The notes beneath the pieces are model-generated. The model was given only the letters and a program-made list of their open reading frames with translations, did no database searches and was not told the origin of the DNA. Both the position numbers and the translations under genes were made by a program. From an uncultured Acidobacteriaceae bacterium (GTDB taxonomy: Bacteria > Acidobacteriota > Terriglobia > Terriglobales > Acidobacteriaceae), in the NCBI GenBank assembly GCA_963847155.1, contig CAWJZH010000044.1, forward strand, positions 377,305 to 441,304: a stretch of DNA of 64,000 nt. Direction: 5' to 3'. Positions 21,190-31,383 of the stretch are shown one piece after another; the first letter of the stretch is position 1, and each line of letters opens with the position of its first letter.

Positions 21190-22342
21190 CTTTTTGCAGC
21201 TGCTCGTCTGGATTTTCTTTCCTGGCAAATTCCAGGCATAGCAAGACGTAAACAAAGTAGTTGTAACGTGGCTGCACGAATGGGGTGACCGCCGTCATCA
21301 GGAGATAAATTAAGACGAGAAGGGCAATGGGGCGCTTGGGGTTCAGAAAACCCCTACGGTAGGCGATCACAAGCATCGGTATCAACACGATCGAAAATAG
21401 GGGAAGAATAAACATGGAGTGGATGTCTCCCCAACCAATGGTTTCGAACTCGCTCAAATAGGTTCTTGGCCTAGCGCTGCCGGACACATCCATGATGATT
21501 TTCGGCGCCAGAACCAGGGGAAAGCCAAAATCAGCCTGGATAGCGTCCAGCTTGGCGATGGTATTGGCGTTTCTCGTATATTGGGTGAACGCTCCGATAC
21601 CGGAGCCTGGAATCCTGGCGATAAGGCCGTAAGCCACGGTGAGAACAGCGATAACGCTCAAGACCGCGATTCGCGGATTGCGTGCGAAAAACGAGCCCCT
21701 TCTTCTGAGGAAAATGAAGAGCAGGATAATTGCGATCTGCTCCCACCGAGCAAAAAGCGAGATGAACAGTACAAACCCCAATAGCAACTTAGAAGGCCTC
21801 TCCGAGTAAACATACTTGGCGAACAGGAACATGGAGAACAGGACCAGGATTTCCTTGTTCAGTGTCACCAGGGCAGGGGCAGTCTCTGAACTGATCGCCA
21901 GAAGAAAGAGGAGGCGGTACCGGTCCACCCCAGGAATGGAGCAGGCAACTTCGACTGCCACGAAAAAAAGCAACATATCGAACAGGACAACCACAAATCC
22001 GCTTTGCAGCGCCATCCCGATCGCTATTGGCCCCAGCATATTGGCCGAGAACGAAATAAGAGGCATTCTTGAGTCTGCGTGTTCTTTCCGGTAATCCACC
22101 TCCTCCCAGTAAGTCGGTGAATCCGCACCAAACCTGGCCCCGGACTCGCGGTTGAGACGGGGCTGCTCCCAGACGAAATAGCAAGTCCAGCAGAAAACGA
22201 GATAGAGACAGAAGGCCCATATGAAAAGCCATTTTTTCAGCGACCTGGGCTCTACCAGAAGAGAGAGGAACGGAATTCGAACCTTCGGAACCGAATATGA
22301 CAGGTGAAAGGTCGGTAGGCGAGGAAGCTTTACGGACGGCAT
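21119..22342 (-). CDS. polytopic membrane protein, candidate Wzy-type polysaccharide polymerase
   Basis: 407 aa with about 10 predicted TM helices and one larger loop. No recognisable enzyme motif. The assignment rests on its position among GT, Wzz and export genes. Confidence 0.45.
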   Translation of the reverse strand: MPSVKLPRLPTFHLSYSVPKVRIPFLSLLVEPRSLKKWLFIWAFCLYLVFCWTCYFVWEQPRLNRESGARFGADSPTYWEEVDYRKEHADSRMPLISFSANMLGPIAIGMALQSGFVVVLFDMLLFFVAVEVACSIPGVDRYRLLFLLAISSETAPALVTLNKEILVLFSMFLFAKYVYSERPSKLLLGFVLFISLFARWEQIAIILLFIFLRRRGSFFARNPRIAVLSVIAVLTVAYGLIARIPGSGIGAFTQYTRNANTIAKLDAIQADFGFPLVLAPKIIMDVSGSARPRTYLSEFETIGWGDIHSMFILPLFSIVLIPMLVIAYRRGFLNPKRPIALLVLIYLLMTAVTPFVQPRYNYFVYVLLCLEFARKENPDEQLQKVTPPLKNVPRIGDLNRSPEYLGF

Positions 22343-22548
22343 GGCAGAACAAGCTTCATCGTTGAAACACCATTATATGACGCACCTTGCGCTGGGCTGA
22401 TACGCCGCCTGTCCGCTCCGTTCGGTGCCCCTGGATCCGATCTTGCACAAGCGCTGGTTACCGATTAGGCTTGATCTGGCGGGTTTCAGGCGGAAACCTC
22501 TGGGCTCGCACCGAGGTGGCTGAGGCAGATCCTCCCTGCGGAACAAAC

Positions 22549-23499
22549 ATGAATAGTACGCAGATCGTAGCCGTCGTTGTACTTTACAAGCGAAGGCCAG
22601 ACCGGAGTCAGACAGTCAACAGTCTGGCGGCAATCTTTGAGAGAAATCCGGGACTGCTTCGCTCTCTCCGGGTCTTCATTTGGGATAATAGCCCGACCGT
22701 GATCGACGATTTGTATCTCCCGTTTCCTTGCGACTATAAGCATAACGGCAGGAACGTAGGAACCTCAGGCGCTTACAACTATGCCATGGAATTCGCTACT
22801 GCCCTGGATGCACCGTGGCTGTTGCTGCTCGACCAGGACACTACACTGTCGGATGAGTTTCTTCCCCGTATCCTCGAATACAGTTACAGCCTCCAGGATT
22901 CCGAGGAGGTGGGCAGCGTGGTTCCCTTCATCTATTCACATGCCCAGCTGGTTTCCCCGCGGTTGGTAGGCCATTTCAACCGAAACCGCCAAATTCCACT
23001 CAACTTTCATGGCATTTGCAGGAAAAAGTCGTTCGCTGTAAACAGTTCGACTTTGCTGCGCGTGGCGGCTCTGCGCGAGATTGGGGGTTACAGCGAGGAA
23101 TTTTGGCTTGATCTATCGGATGTGTATGCTTTCCAGGAAATGTATCTGAAGAGAAAATATATCTATGTTGCTTCAGATCTAGTCTTACAGCATTCTCTCT
23201 CCGGCATGGATCATGAAAAGGAAATGAGCAGCGAGCGCTATCGAAATTTCCTGGCTGCCGAGAGTGCATACGTAGATCTTTATTCTTCTCCGCCGGAACG
23301 AGCTGCGCAGCTTTTTCGGTTGCTGGTCCGAACCTACCGGCAGTATCATCGCTATGAAAACAAGGCATTTGCGAGGCTGGCTTATGAGTACTTTTTGCAA
23401 AGGCTCTTTCACAGGAGATCGGCAAGGCTGAGGAGTTGGCGTCAGCAATTGGTGAAACGGGACCTTCCCGTGATTTCGGAAGGGCAGATTGTTCGCTGA
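22549..23499 (+). CDS. glycosyltransferase family 2 (rhamnosyltransferase-like)
   Basis: ATG at 22549 ('MNSTQIVAVVVLYKRR'). 'IWDNSP', 'NVGTSGAYNYA', 'LLLLDQDTTL' (DxD). Paralogous to the broken gene at 38498..39424. Confidence 0.8.
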   Translation: MNSTQIVAVVVLYKRRPDRSQTVNSLAAIFERNPGLLRSLRVFIWDNSPTVIDDLYLPFPCDYKHNGRNVGTSGAYNYAMEFATALDAPWLLLLDQDTTLSDEFLPRILEYSYSLQDSEEVGSVVPFIYSHAQLVSPRLVGHFNRNRQIPLNFHGICRKKSFAVNSSTLLRVAALREIGGYSEEFWLDLSDVYAFQEMYLKRKYIYVASDLVLQHSLSGMDHEKEMSSERYRNFLAAESAYVDLYSSPPERAAQLFRLLVRTYRQYHRYENKAFARLAYEYFLQRLFHRRSARLRSWRQQLVKRDLPVISEGQIVR

Positions 23500-23576
23500 C
23501 GTCTCGTCCGGTCGATCGCCGGTGGATGAGTCAGAGACACTGAACCTATCTGCGCACGGCGCAAGCAAGAGAAAGA

Positions 23577-24683
23577 ATGCGCATTCTCTATGACCACCAG
23601 GTATTTTCGCTGCAAGACACGGGTGGTATTTCTCGCTACCACTACGAGTTAGCTAAGCAGCTTCGAAGCTTCGATGAACTGCAGATTGAAGTGTTTATGG
23701 GCGGAAACGCTTCGGTGTTTCCATTCACCAGCCTGCGTAACGCGCAGACCAGGGTCACAGCCTGGACCACCAGTACCAAGCCCAATTACGCCCGTTACGC
23801 GATTAACGAGGCTGTTCTGTCGCTCGCAGCTCCCCTTCGCGGAGTATTTGACGTTTACCATCCCACGCTCAATCGCGTAATACCCGCAGTGCGTCGTCGT
23901 CGAATGGTGGTGACCCAGCACGATTGCACCCACGAGCGGTTTCCCCATCTCTTCCGGAATACGGACGCCTACCTCCGGCTAAAACGGAAAATTTTGTCCC
24001 AGGCAGACGCCATTCTCTGCGTCTCTGAATACAGTCGCCGAGACCTTCTGCACTTCTACGATCTGGACGAAAAGAAAACCAGCGTGGTACACCACGGGTT
24101 GTCTCCCCTCGCGGGTGCCCCACAAATGGAGCAGCGCTCGTGCCCCGTGGATGCCCCGTATCTCCTATATGTGGGCTCGCGCACGGAGTACAAAAACTTC
24201 ATGCTTCTTCTGCGGGCCTTTGCATTGAGCGGCCTGGCTCAGGATTATCGCCTACTGGCTGTCGGTGGAAGGCCCTCTTCCGCCGAAGAGCAGGCTAAGA
24301 TTTCACGGCTTGGAGTTGAGGGTAGGGGGATCCTGATGTCCCGGGCTAGCGATCCAGCATTGGCTGACTTGTACCGGCACGCCAGCTTGTTTGTCTATCC
24401 CAGCCTTTACGAGGGCTTCGGTTTCCCTCCCCTGGAAGCGATGAGTCTGGGCTGTGCGGTCCTGGCCAACCGTACCTCATCGCTGCCTGAAATATGCGGA
24501 GAGGCGGCTTTCTATTTTTATTCTCAAGATGCGGCGGAGCTGTCGAACGTTCTGGTATCTACGCTCGAGGATCAGCGGGGTTTGAGGGAAAGGCGCAAGC
24601 TGGGTTACGAACGAGTCGGGCTGTATGACTGGTCGAGGACTGCTCGTCGCACACTAGAGGTTTATGCTTGCTCCAGGAACTGA
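23577..24683 (+). CDS. glycosyltransferase family 4 (GT-B, Glycos_transf_1)
   Basis: 368 aa. C-terminal 'SLFVYPSLYEGFGFPPLEAMSLGCAVLA' EX7E-type motif. Confidence 0.85.
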   Translation: MRILYDHQVFSLQDTGGISRYHYELAKQLRSFDELQIEVFMGGNASVFPFTSLRNAQTRVTAWTTSTKPNYARYAINEAVLSLAAPLRGVFDVYHPTLNRVIPAVRRRRMVVTQHDCTHERFPHLFRNTDAYLRLKRKILSQADAILCVSEYSRRDLLHFYDLDEKKTSVVHHGLSPLAGAPQMEQRSCPVDAPYLLYVGSRTEYKNFMLLLRAFALSGLAQDYRLLAVGGRPSSAEEQAKISRLGVEGRGILMSRASDPALADLYRHASLFVYPSLYEGFGFPPLEAMSLGCAVLANRTSSLPEICGEAAFYFYSQDAAELSNVLVSTLEDQRGLRERRKLGYERVGLYDWSRTARRTLEVYACSRN

Positions 24684-24729
24684 CACCCCTCACCGGTAGC
24701 GAGCGGGCTGGTAACATGGTTTGAAGGTC

Positions 24730-26064
24730 ATGTCCCGAAGAAAGCCGTCAATAGCAGTCCTTTACCACTTTTTCCCGCCGGATGACATCGTTAGCGCTGT
24801 GCACTACGGCGATTTATGTTCGGGGTTGGCAGCTCGGGGTTGGCAGGTGAGTGTCTACCCGTGCATCTGGTCTTCACATGACAGCAGCGTCCGCTTCCCG
24901 CCCAGGGAAGAATGGCAAGGGGTAACTGTCAGAAGGATGTGGCGCCCTAATTTGCGTCAGGCATCCGACGCTGGACGATTTTTGAACGCGGCCTGGATGA
25001 TTCTTCGCTGGTCTCTACTGTCCATCACTCTCAAGCCACACCCAGACGTGCTCCTGGTTGGAACCGACCCCATTCTTAGCGTCTCGGTGGCCTCAGTTTG
25101 GAAGTTGTTCAGTCCGAGAACCAAAATTGTGCATTGGTGCTATGACGCGTATCCGGAAGCAGCGGTCGCCGACGGTCTTTTGCCACCTCGTGGTCTCTTG
25201 ACTCGCTTTTTCGCCTTTCTCATGGGTTCTGCGTACCGGAAATGTGCTCTGATAGCCGATCTCGGACCCTGCATGCGTACTCTCCTGATGCGTTATCCGT
25301 CGCCGGCAAAACGGGAGACGATTGTGCCGTGGGCGTTTGAGGAGCCGGATGAACCCTTGCCGGTCGCGATTTCCGAGCGCCTGGCGGTTTTCGGCGACGT
25401 TCCTCTCGCCCTCCTTTATTCCGGGAGTTTCGGCAGGGCGCACAGCTCTCGAGAAATTCTGGATTTGGCCGAACTGCTTCATCCCTATGGCGCAAAATTG
25501 GTGTTCAGCGTGCGGGGCAAACGTCAGGAGGAGCTTAGAAAAGAGGTAAATCGGAGAGGCGCAGGTCTCGAATTCGTGCCTTTTGCATCGCCCGATAATC
25601 TACAAGACCGCTTGGCCTGTGCTGATATTCATGTGGTGACGCTTCGTCCCGGTTGGGCGGGCATGGTCGTTCCTTCAAAGTTTTTTGGCGCCCTGGCGGC
25701 CGGGAGACCCGTTTTGTTCGCCGGGGGTATCCACTCATCTCTGGCACTCTGGATCCGGGAGTTTCAGATTGGCTGGGTTTTGACTGATGAGAACGTACAC
25801 CAGGTAAAGGAACAGCTGCTTACCTATATGAATTCACCCGAGCAGATCGATGCCATGCGGCGACGCTGCTTCCGGGTCTATCGAGAACGCTTCTTACGTG
25901 ATGCGCAAATCAACAAATTCGACCGTTTGCTCAGGTCACTGGTGAACGGACTGGATGAAGCCCCCCAATGGTCGTCCCGGGAAACGCGTCTCGCAGTCGA
26001 CGAACCTTTGGTACGTGCCTTGGGGGTCGAATGTCAACCACCGACTGATGGCGTGAGGGGGTGA
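24730..26064 (+). CDS. glycosyltransferase family 4 (WcaI/WbuB-like)
   Basis: ATG at 24730. 'IAVLYHFFPPDDIVSAVHYGDLCSGLAARGWQVSVY' N-terminal GT-B fold. 'VVPSKFFGALAAGRPVLF' C-terminal motif. Confidence 0.7.
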   Translation: MSRRKPSIAVLYHFFPPDDIVSAVHYGDLCSGLAARGWQVSVYPCIWSSHDSSVRFPPREEWQGVTVRRMWRPNLRQASDAGRFLNAAWMILRWSLLSITLKPHPDVLLVGTDPILSVSVASVWKLFSPRTKIVHWCYDAYPEAAVADGLLPPRGLLTRFFAFLMGSAYRKCALIADLGPCMRTLLMRYPSPAKRETIVPWAFEEPDEPLPVAISERLAVFGDVPLALLYSGSFGRAHSSREILDLAELLHPYGAKLVFSVRGKRQEELRKEVNRRGAGLEFVPFASPDNLQDRLACADIHVVTLRPGWAGMVVPSKFFGALAAGRPVLFAGGIHSSLALWIREFQIGWVLTDENVHQVKEQLLTYMNSPEQIDAMRRRCFRVYRERFLRDAQINKFDRLLRSLVNGLDEAPQWSSRETRLAVDEPLVRALGVECQPPTDGVRG

Positions 26065-26260
26065 CCTCATGTTGCTTCCAGCCCCGTCCTGTCGGATCGC
26101 AAAGATTGTGGACGTCCGCGCCGTACGGTTACGGTACCTTCCCGAGCATGATTGTGAAGTTTTTTATATGATGGAGTGAGGTCAGAACCAGTGCCACGGA
26201 GGTCCTTTCCGGATGCATTCGGCGTTTTTTCGAGACCCCTTCGGCCAGGAACCTCCCCTG

Positions 26261-26740
26261 TTACCGGAAGTGGGATACCTTAGGAGCCCAAATACTGTTA
26301 TTTTGGTTAAAAGGCTGAATCGGGTAAAGTTCCGCCCGACGCAACATCCTTTTTGTCCAGGGTTCATCCGTGTACATAGCTAGCTGGGGTTTGACTGGGT
26401 CGCCATGATGCACTAATGCGTAGTGACCCGATGTTCCGTAGTTGGCGAAGTTTTCGTCACCTCGGCCGATCAAGCAAGTATCTAGACAAGATTGCAGCAG
26501 CCGCAAGGCATCGTTGAGCAGAAGACTTGATGGACAAGACCCTGAACCAGAATTCAGCAAGCGCTCCAAAATTTTAGAACAGGTCTTTAAAAACGCATGG
26601 ACACAAGCTTTGCTCCCCCGCAGCCCAGCGCGGCACTGCTTTGGAACGATGTCGTCTCTGAAGTAGCGGTCATTCGACGACCTTGTTCCCTCCCTTTTGC
26701 GCGGTACCACAGGATCCCACGGCCTATTATGCCGAACCAA
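26261..26740 (-). CDS. orphan ORF / possible gene remnant (hypothetical)
   Basis: Only the C-terminal ~100 codons (about 26261-26560, '...CLIGRGDENFANYGTSGHYALVHHGDPVKPQLAMYTDEPWTKRMLRRAELYPIQPF...') look protein-like. The N-terminal third is R-rich and overlaps the phosphoglycosyl-transferase start. No family recognised. Confidence 0.2.
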   Translation of the reverse strand: MVRHNRPWDPVVPRKREGTRSSNDRYFRDDIVPKQCRAGLRGSKACVHAFLKTCSKILERLLNSGSGSCPSSLLLNDALRLLQSCLDTCLIGRGDENFANYGTSGHYALVHHGDPVKPQLAMYTDEPWTKRMLRRAELYPIQPFNQNNSIWAPKVSHFR

Positions 26741-27375
26741 GCGCTTGGAGCATATCCGCAGTCAAGCGGGGCATCGACCTGGTCTTTGCCGTGGTGGCCC
26801 TTTTGCTTTTTTGGCCCTTGCTAGTCCTCGCGGCGGTTCTCGTCCGCTACAAGTCTCCAGGACCAGTGATTTTCCGCCAGAAGCGGGTCGGTAGGGACGG
26901 AGTTCTCTTTACCGTATTCAAATTCAGGACTATGGCGATCGACGCCCAGGAAGACGGGCCGTGTCTGACCAAACGGGGTGACCCCCGGGTGACGCGATTT
27001 GGGGGATTCCTGCGCAAGTACAAGCTGGATGAGCTTCCTCAACTGATTAACGTGCTCCGCGGCGATATGAGCCTGGTTGGACCACGGCCCAAGCTGCCTC
27101 ACCTGGAAGTGATGCATATGCCGTTTCGACCGGGCCTTACCGGGGCAGCAACCCTCGCCTTTCGATGTGAAGAAGAGATGCTGCAGGATATTCCCGACGA
27201 GGAGCTTGAGGCTTACTACTGCCGCATGATCAAGCCCCTGAAAGCGAAAATCGACTGGGATTACATGCGAGAGGCAACTCTAGTGAGTGATTTCTCTCTC
27301 CTCTATGAGACAGCCTTCTGCTGTTTCTCCAGCCGCGGCAATTCCTGGGCGATTGATTTTTCCAAGTCTGCATAA
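26683..27375 (+). CDS. small monotopic phosphoglycosyl transferase (bacterial sugar transferase, WbaP C-terminal/PglC-like), initiating enzyme
   Basis: 'KRGIDLVFAVVALLLFWPLLVLAAVLVRYKSPGPVIFRQKRVGRDGVLFTVFKFRTM...DELPQLINVLRGDMSLVGPRP'. Start uncertain (TTG at 26683; no in-frame ATG nearby). Confidence 0.88.
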   Translation: MFPPFCAVPQDPTAYYAEPSAWSISAVKRGIDLVFAVVALLLFWPLLVLAAVLVRYKSPGPVIFRQKRVGRDGVLFTVFKFRTMAIDAQEDGPCLTKRGDPRVTRFGGFLRKYKLDELPQLINVLRGDMSLVGPRPKLPHLEVMHMPFRPGLTGAATLAFRCEEEMLQDIPDEELEAYYCRMIKPLKAKIDWDYMREATLVSDFSLLYETAFCCFSSRGNSWAIDFSKSA

Positions 27376-27377
27376 CC

Positions 27378-27694
27378 ATGAGTGTTTCCGAGCAGGATGT
27401 CGACCGTGTCGCCGAACTCGCGAATCTCGAGTTAACCAGTGGCGAGAAGGCGCAGATGTTGCGTGATCTGAATTCCGTCCTCGGGTATTTCGCCCAGCTC
27501 AACGAGCTGGATACCTCTTCTGTGCCGCCAATGCGCAAGTTGCCGACCAGGTAACGAGGGGGAGAATCGCGGGAGACCGGACGCAGTTGCGGCCAGACGA
27601 AATTGCTCCATCGTTGAGCCGGGACCAGGTGATGGCTTGTGCTCCTGATACGGACGGAGTCTTCTTCAGAGTGCCTAAGGTCATCGAGCGCTAA
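27378..27694 (+). CDS. gatC: Asp/Glu-tRNA amidotransferase subunit C, one frameshift near 27533 (below the ORF-track size cut-off)
   Basis: ATG at 27378, 2 nt after the sugar-transferase stop. 'MSVSEQDVDRVAELANLELTSGEKAQMLRDLNSVLGYFAQLNELDTSSVPPM' then, in the +1 frame, 'AQVADQV...LRPDEIAPSLSRDQVMACAPDTDGVFFRVPKVIER*'. Confidence 0.85.
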
Positions 27695-27753
27695 GCACGC
27701 GCCTCCTCATACACCCCTGGCCCTTTGGGTTTTCTTGGATCGATGTTCAGCCC

Positions 27754-28520
27754 TTAAATGTTGTAGCGGAAAATGCACCAGACGGCGCGAATCCCGTCTT
27801 TCCACGTAATCTTCTTGCCCTCACTATAGGTTCGCCCGCTGTAGCTGATACCTACCTCGTAAATGCGAGGTCTTACCGGTAAGTGCGCAATTTTGGCAGT
27901 GATTTCGACCTCGAAACCGAAACGGTCTTCCTGGATCGTGATCGCCTGAATCACCTCGCGACGAAAGACCTTGTAGCAAGTCTCCATATCGGTCAAGTTA
28001 AGGTTGGTCATCATGTTGGACATCAGGGTCAAGATACTGTTGCCAACGTTGTGCCAAAAGAGAGCACACGCATCTCAGAGCCGCTGCGAAATCGGGAGCC
28101 GTAGACTACGTCGGCACGATCATCGAGGATCGGAGCAAGCAACCTCGGATAGTCGTTGGGGTTGTATTCGAGATCGGCATCCTGGACCAGGATGATATCT
28201 CCGCTGGCAGCTTGAAAACCCGTCCGAAGAGCAGCACCTTTGCCTTGGTTCACCTTATGTTCGAGAACGAGCATATTCGGGTGATGTTCCGCAAGAGACT
28301 TTGCGATTTGCACAGAGTCGTCTCGAGACCCGTCATCCACGATGATGATTTCGCGTTCCGATCCGGAGACATCCGCGCCAAGCACTCTAGCAATAATTAT
28401 TTCTCCAAAAGTTTTCGATTCGTTGTAGCAAGGCACAACGATCGAAATAACACGGCTTTTCATCCTTAGCTTTCCATCGGGGAGGGTAGAGGCTGGACTT
28501 GTCTTATCGGATTGCGTCAC
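27754..28520 (-). CDS. glycosyltransferase family 2, polyprenyl-phosphate sugar synthase type (DPM1/GtrB/CsbB/ArnC-like), one frameshift near 28030
   Basis: ORFs 28029..28520 and 27754..28032 join. '[10 protein letters not shown]', '[12 protein letters not shown]', '[11 protein letters not shown]', '[10 protein letters not shown]', '[13 protein letters not shown]'. Probable start ATG at 28463. Confidence 0.8.
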
Positions 28521-31383
28521 TTGATCTTAGCAGCTTGCAGCCTGATGGTCGCAACCCATCTAGCGTGATCCTTCTTTCGTCTCTTCTGCCACGTCCGATC
28601 CGGAGCACCTGCCAAAACAATCCCACCGCGCCTGCCAGGCACGCTGCCCAGCCAATCTCCACATGCGGAGGCGTGAAGTTGTAGTGAACCTTGCTGGGGC
28701 CGGCCGGGAGACTTGTCGCCTGGAAGATGCCATCTTGCTGCACCGCTTCGACGGCCCCACTGTTCTTCCTCACATTCCATCCAGGCATGTAAAGTTCCCT
28801 GCGGCGAAGTCTGGCAGGAGATGAGCACACGGCGGTGACTTCTCCCCCGCCGCTCCGCCGTAAGGGCACAAGGACCACCCTGCATCACTTCGTAGTAAGG
28901 CGCAGGATCTGGCACTTCCCAGATCTCCATCACGGAATCCTGGTAGGCCTTATGGAATCCATGCGCAACCATGGAATCCTTAAAAGTGACGCGCAATCGC
29001 CGGCCGGGAAGCGGGCCCGTCTGGTCCCTCGAGTTGCTCGTCTGCTCCAGGTGAAACTGCCAGCGCCATCGGTCTGGCTCCGCCCTGGTGCGTGAAAGTC
29101 AAATGCAACGGGGTTCCGGGCATAGCGCCAAGCGGCAGATCGAGAGGTAGCTCAAAGAACGGACCGTCGCCAGCTTTGGAAAGAGACTCCACGCTCGACC
29201 AGCACACTTCTCCCGCACAAATCCTGACCTTCTAGCTCACCATCGCAGGAAATGCCGCGGTATTAGAAATCAGCACGCCCACTCCTTCGATGGCAGATTG
29301 GGCGAAAGCCGCCGGCATCGGGACCACGGTTTGCGCGGCTTTTGGCCGGCGCTGAGAACGAGATCATTCGACAGAAGAGCCGATGGCTTCCCATCAGGGG
29401 TCAGCGGGAAGCGCATTCTTTTCGCTGGGGACGGTCGATTGATCCTTTGCGACAGCTCTCAATTGGGTGAGGGAATGTGCGACAGCTCGCAGTACAAAAC
29501 GCTCAGCTGCCGGTTTAGCCGGATCGGCGGCCACTGACTGACACCAGGCAAGAATCCGCTTTTCCTCTGCAGGCGTTTGCCGTAGTCCCTCGAGCGGCAT
29601 AGTCCCATCGGCCGTGTCCAGGTAGATCGTTGGGAGTGCGCTCTGGCCAGGGTTCGTTAAGACATACTTGACGCCGACATCGCGGAAGTTCTTCTGATAC
29701 ATGCTGAACGTTCGCGGCCCGGCGTCAGTCGGGTCCTCCCAGGGGGAAAGAAGAAAGTGACTCCGGAGTCCTTCCGAAAGTTAGGCAGCAGATTATGGTC
29801 GACGTAGTGCGCCCATAACTTCGGAACCGGAAGAATATTGTGATTGATGCTCGCCACCTGGAAATACGCGCCGTAATTGGGCGCAAGAAATACCAGGGTG
29901 TAATTGCGAGACAACCCCTGATGATCCTTCAGGAACTGCATCGCTCGCAGGTATAACACGGATGTTTCGTCTGGCGCTGACCTGCGCCGCCATGAACATG
30001 ACCGCAGCATCGAAAACCAGCAGGCAAGCCAGAATTGTGCGGCGCCTTTCCGGGCGGGAAATTCGCCAGGCCAGCCCGAGTGCGGTCAGTCCAGCAGAGC
30101 GCCCACAAAAGCGCCGCTCCCAGGAACGCGAACATGACGAGCGCTTTGCCGTGGGACCATCCCCCAGAAGGTCCTTTGCGGCCACGCCAAGGCAACGCAA
30201 ACCAGGAGCAGGACCGTGACGATCGCAAAACCGTAGCGACGGCGCGGCGTGGCGGAGCGAAACTCATCCAAACCATATGCCGCGAGAACGGTCAGCGCCA
30301 TGATCCAGGACGCATTTGCATATCGGAAGAAAAAGGCCCGCTTCAGTAGCGGCAGGTGATCGATGATCGCTGTGATCGGTTGGAGGCCAAAGGTTCGAGC
30401 CCAGCACAACAAGACCCATATAAGCGGCAGAAGCTTGAGCCCACGATCCGCTGACTTGCGCATGACCCCGGCCAGCGCCATCGCAAGGACGAGCGGTCCT
30501 ATGTAGCCCCCGATACTTCCCCATGTGTCAATCAGCACCTTAGAAGACAGAGTGAAATTCAAGGGTCCATAGATATAAGGCATCACCGTTGGCGGCAGTG
30601 ATATCCAGGGCAGCGACACCCCGCCGTTGTCATGGGCGCCAAACGAGTCTGATTGAAGCAGGTAATCCACAAAAGCGATCAGAAGCGGTGCGGCTACCAG
30701 CAAACCGAGCGCGAAGCCACCCACCGCACGCCTTGCCATGACCCAGCGTGCCGGCGCGGAGAGTTATCCGGTAAATTCCCCACGCGAGAGCAAGTAACCC
30801 ACTGATATAGGCCGGCTCAGGGAAGCCGGCTAAAATGAGCCCGGCAATCGCCAGCCCGATGGCAAGGGTACTCACAGCGCCTTGTCGCGGCTTCGGCGCG
30901 CGTTCAATGCCCCATAGCAACCAGGGGAGAAAAGGCGAGGCAGCAATACACAGCCGCAGGTCCTGGGGTCCAGGCAATCACGGCGTTCGTCGCAAACAGA
31001 GCGCCACCGAGTAGAGCGGCAAGCCGGCTCAGTCCGAGCTCACGCAAGAGGGCGTAAGTCCCGAGTGCCGCGATCATCTGCATCGCGATCCTTTGCCAGA
31101 GCATACCCTCCTTGAGTAGGAGCAATAAATTGAACGGCAGGAAGAATGAAGCCGGTTGTAACTCTCCTGCCAGGGGTACCCCTATGCCGGTGTAGGGATT
31201 CCACCACGGGATCAGTCCGTGCAGCCAGTCCCATCCTGAAAGATGGCCCAGTGCCTGTGATGTGTAGCCCGCATTTGGATCAAGAAATGGTGAACCCGGC
31301 ACAAGATGCGTGCCAATCGTAATGCCCGAATAGAACGCGAGGGGATCAGTGCTCAGCCCCAGCACAAAAAACGGCAGCTGCAA
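28504..31383 (-). pseudogene. YfhO-like polytopic membrane protein (GT-C-type glycosyltransferase family), at least 8 frame changes
   Basis: Minus-strand fragments (30904..31383, 30630..30977, 30086..30739, 29657..30010, 29394..29702, 28980..29207, 28517..28996, 28504..28878) tile one ~950-aa protein. 'GLIPWWNPYTGIGVPLAGELQPASFFLPFN' near the N-terminus, many TM helices, C-terminal '...LYMPGWNVRKNSGAVEAVQQDGIFQATSLPAGPSKVHYNFTPPHVEIGW' typical of YfhO ends. N-terminal boundary uncertain. Confidence 0.6.

Noticed and set aside
26070-26174. 34-codon ORF (MLLPAPSCRIAKIVDVRAVRLRYLPEHDCEVFYM*) starting just after the GT4 stop
   Set aside because: No RBS, no recognisable family, and nothing can be said about its conservation. 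Too short to support.
30370-30400. tRNA-like T-loop string 'ggttcgagccc'
   Set aside because: No acceptor, D or anticodon arms can be drawn around it, and it lies inside the YfhO-like coding region. I found no credible tRNA anywhere in the window.
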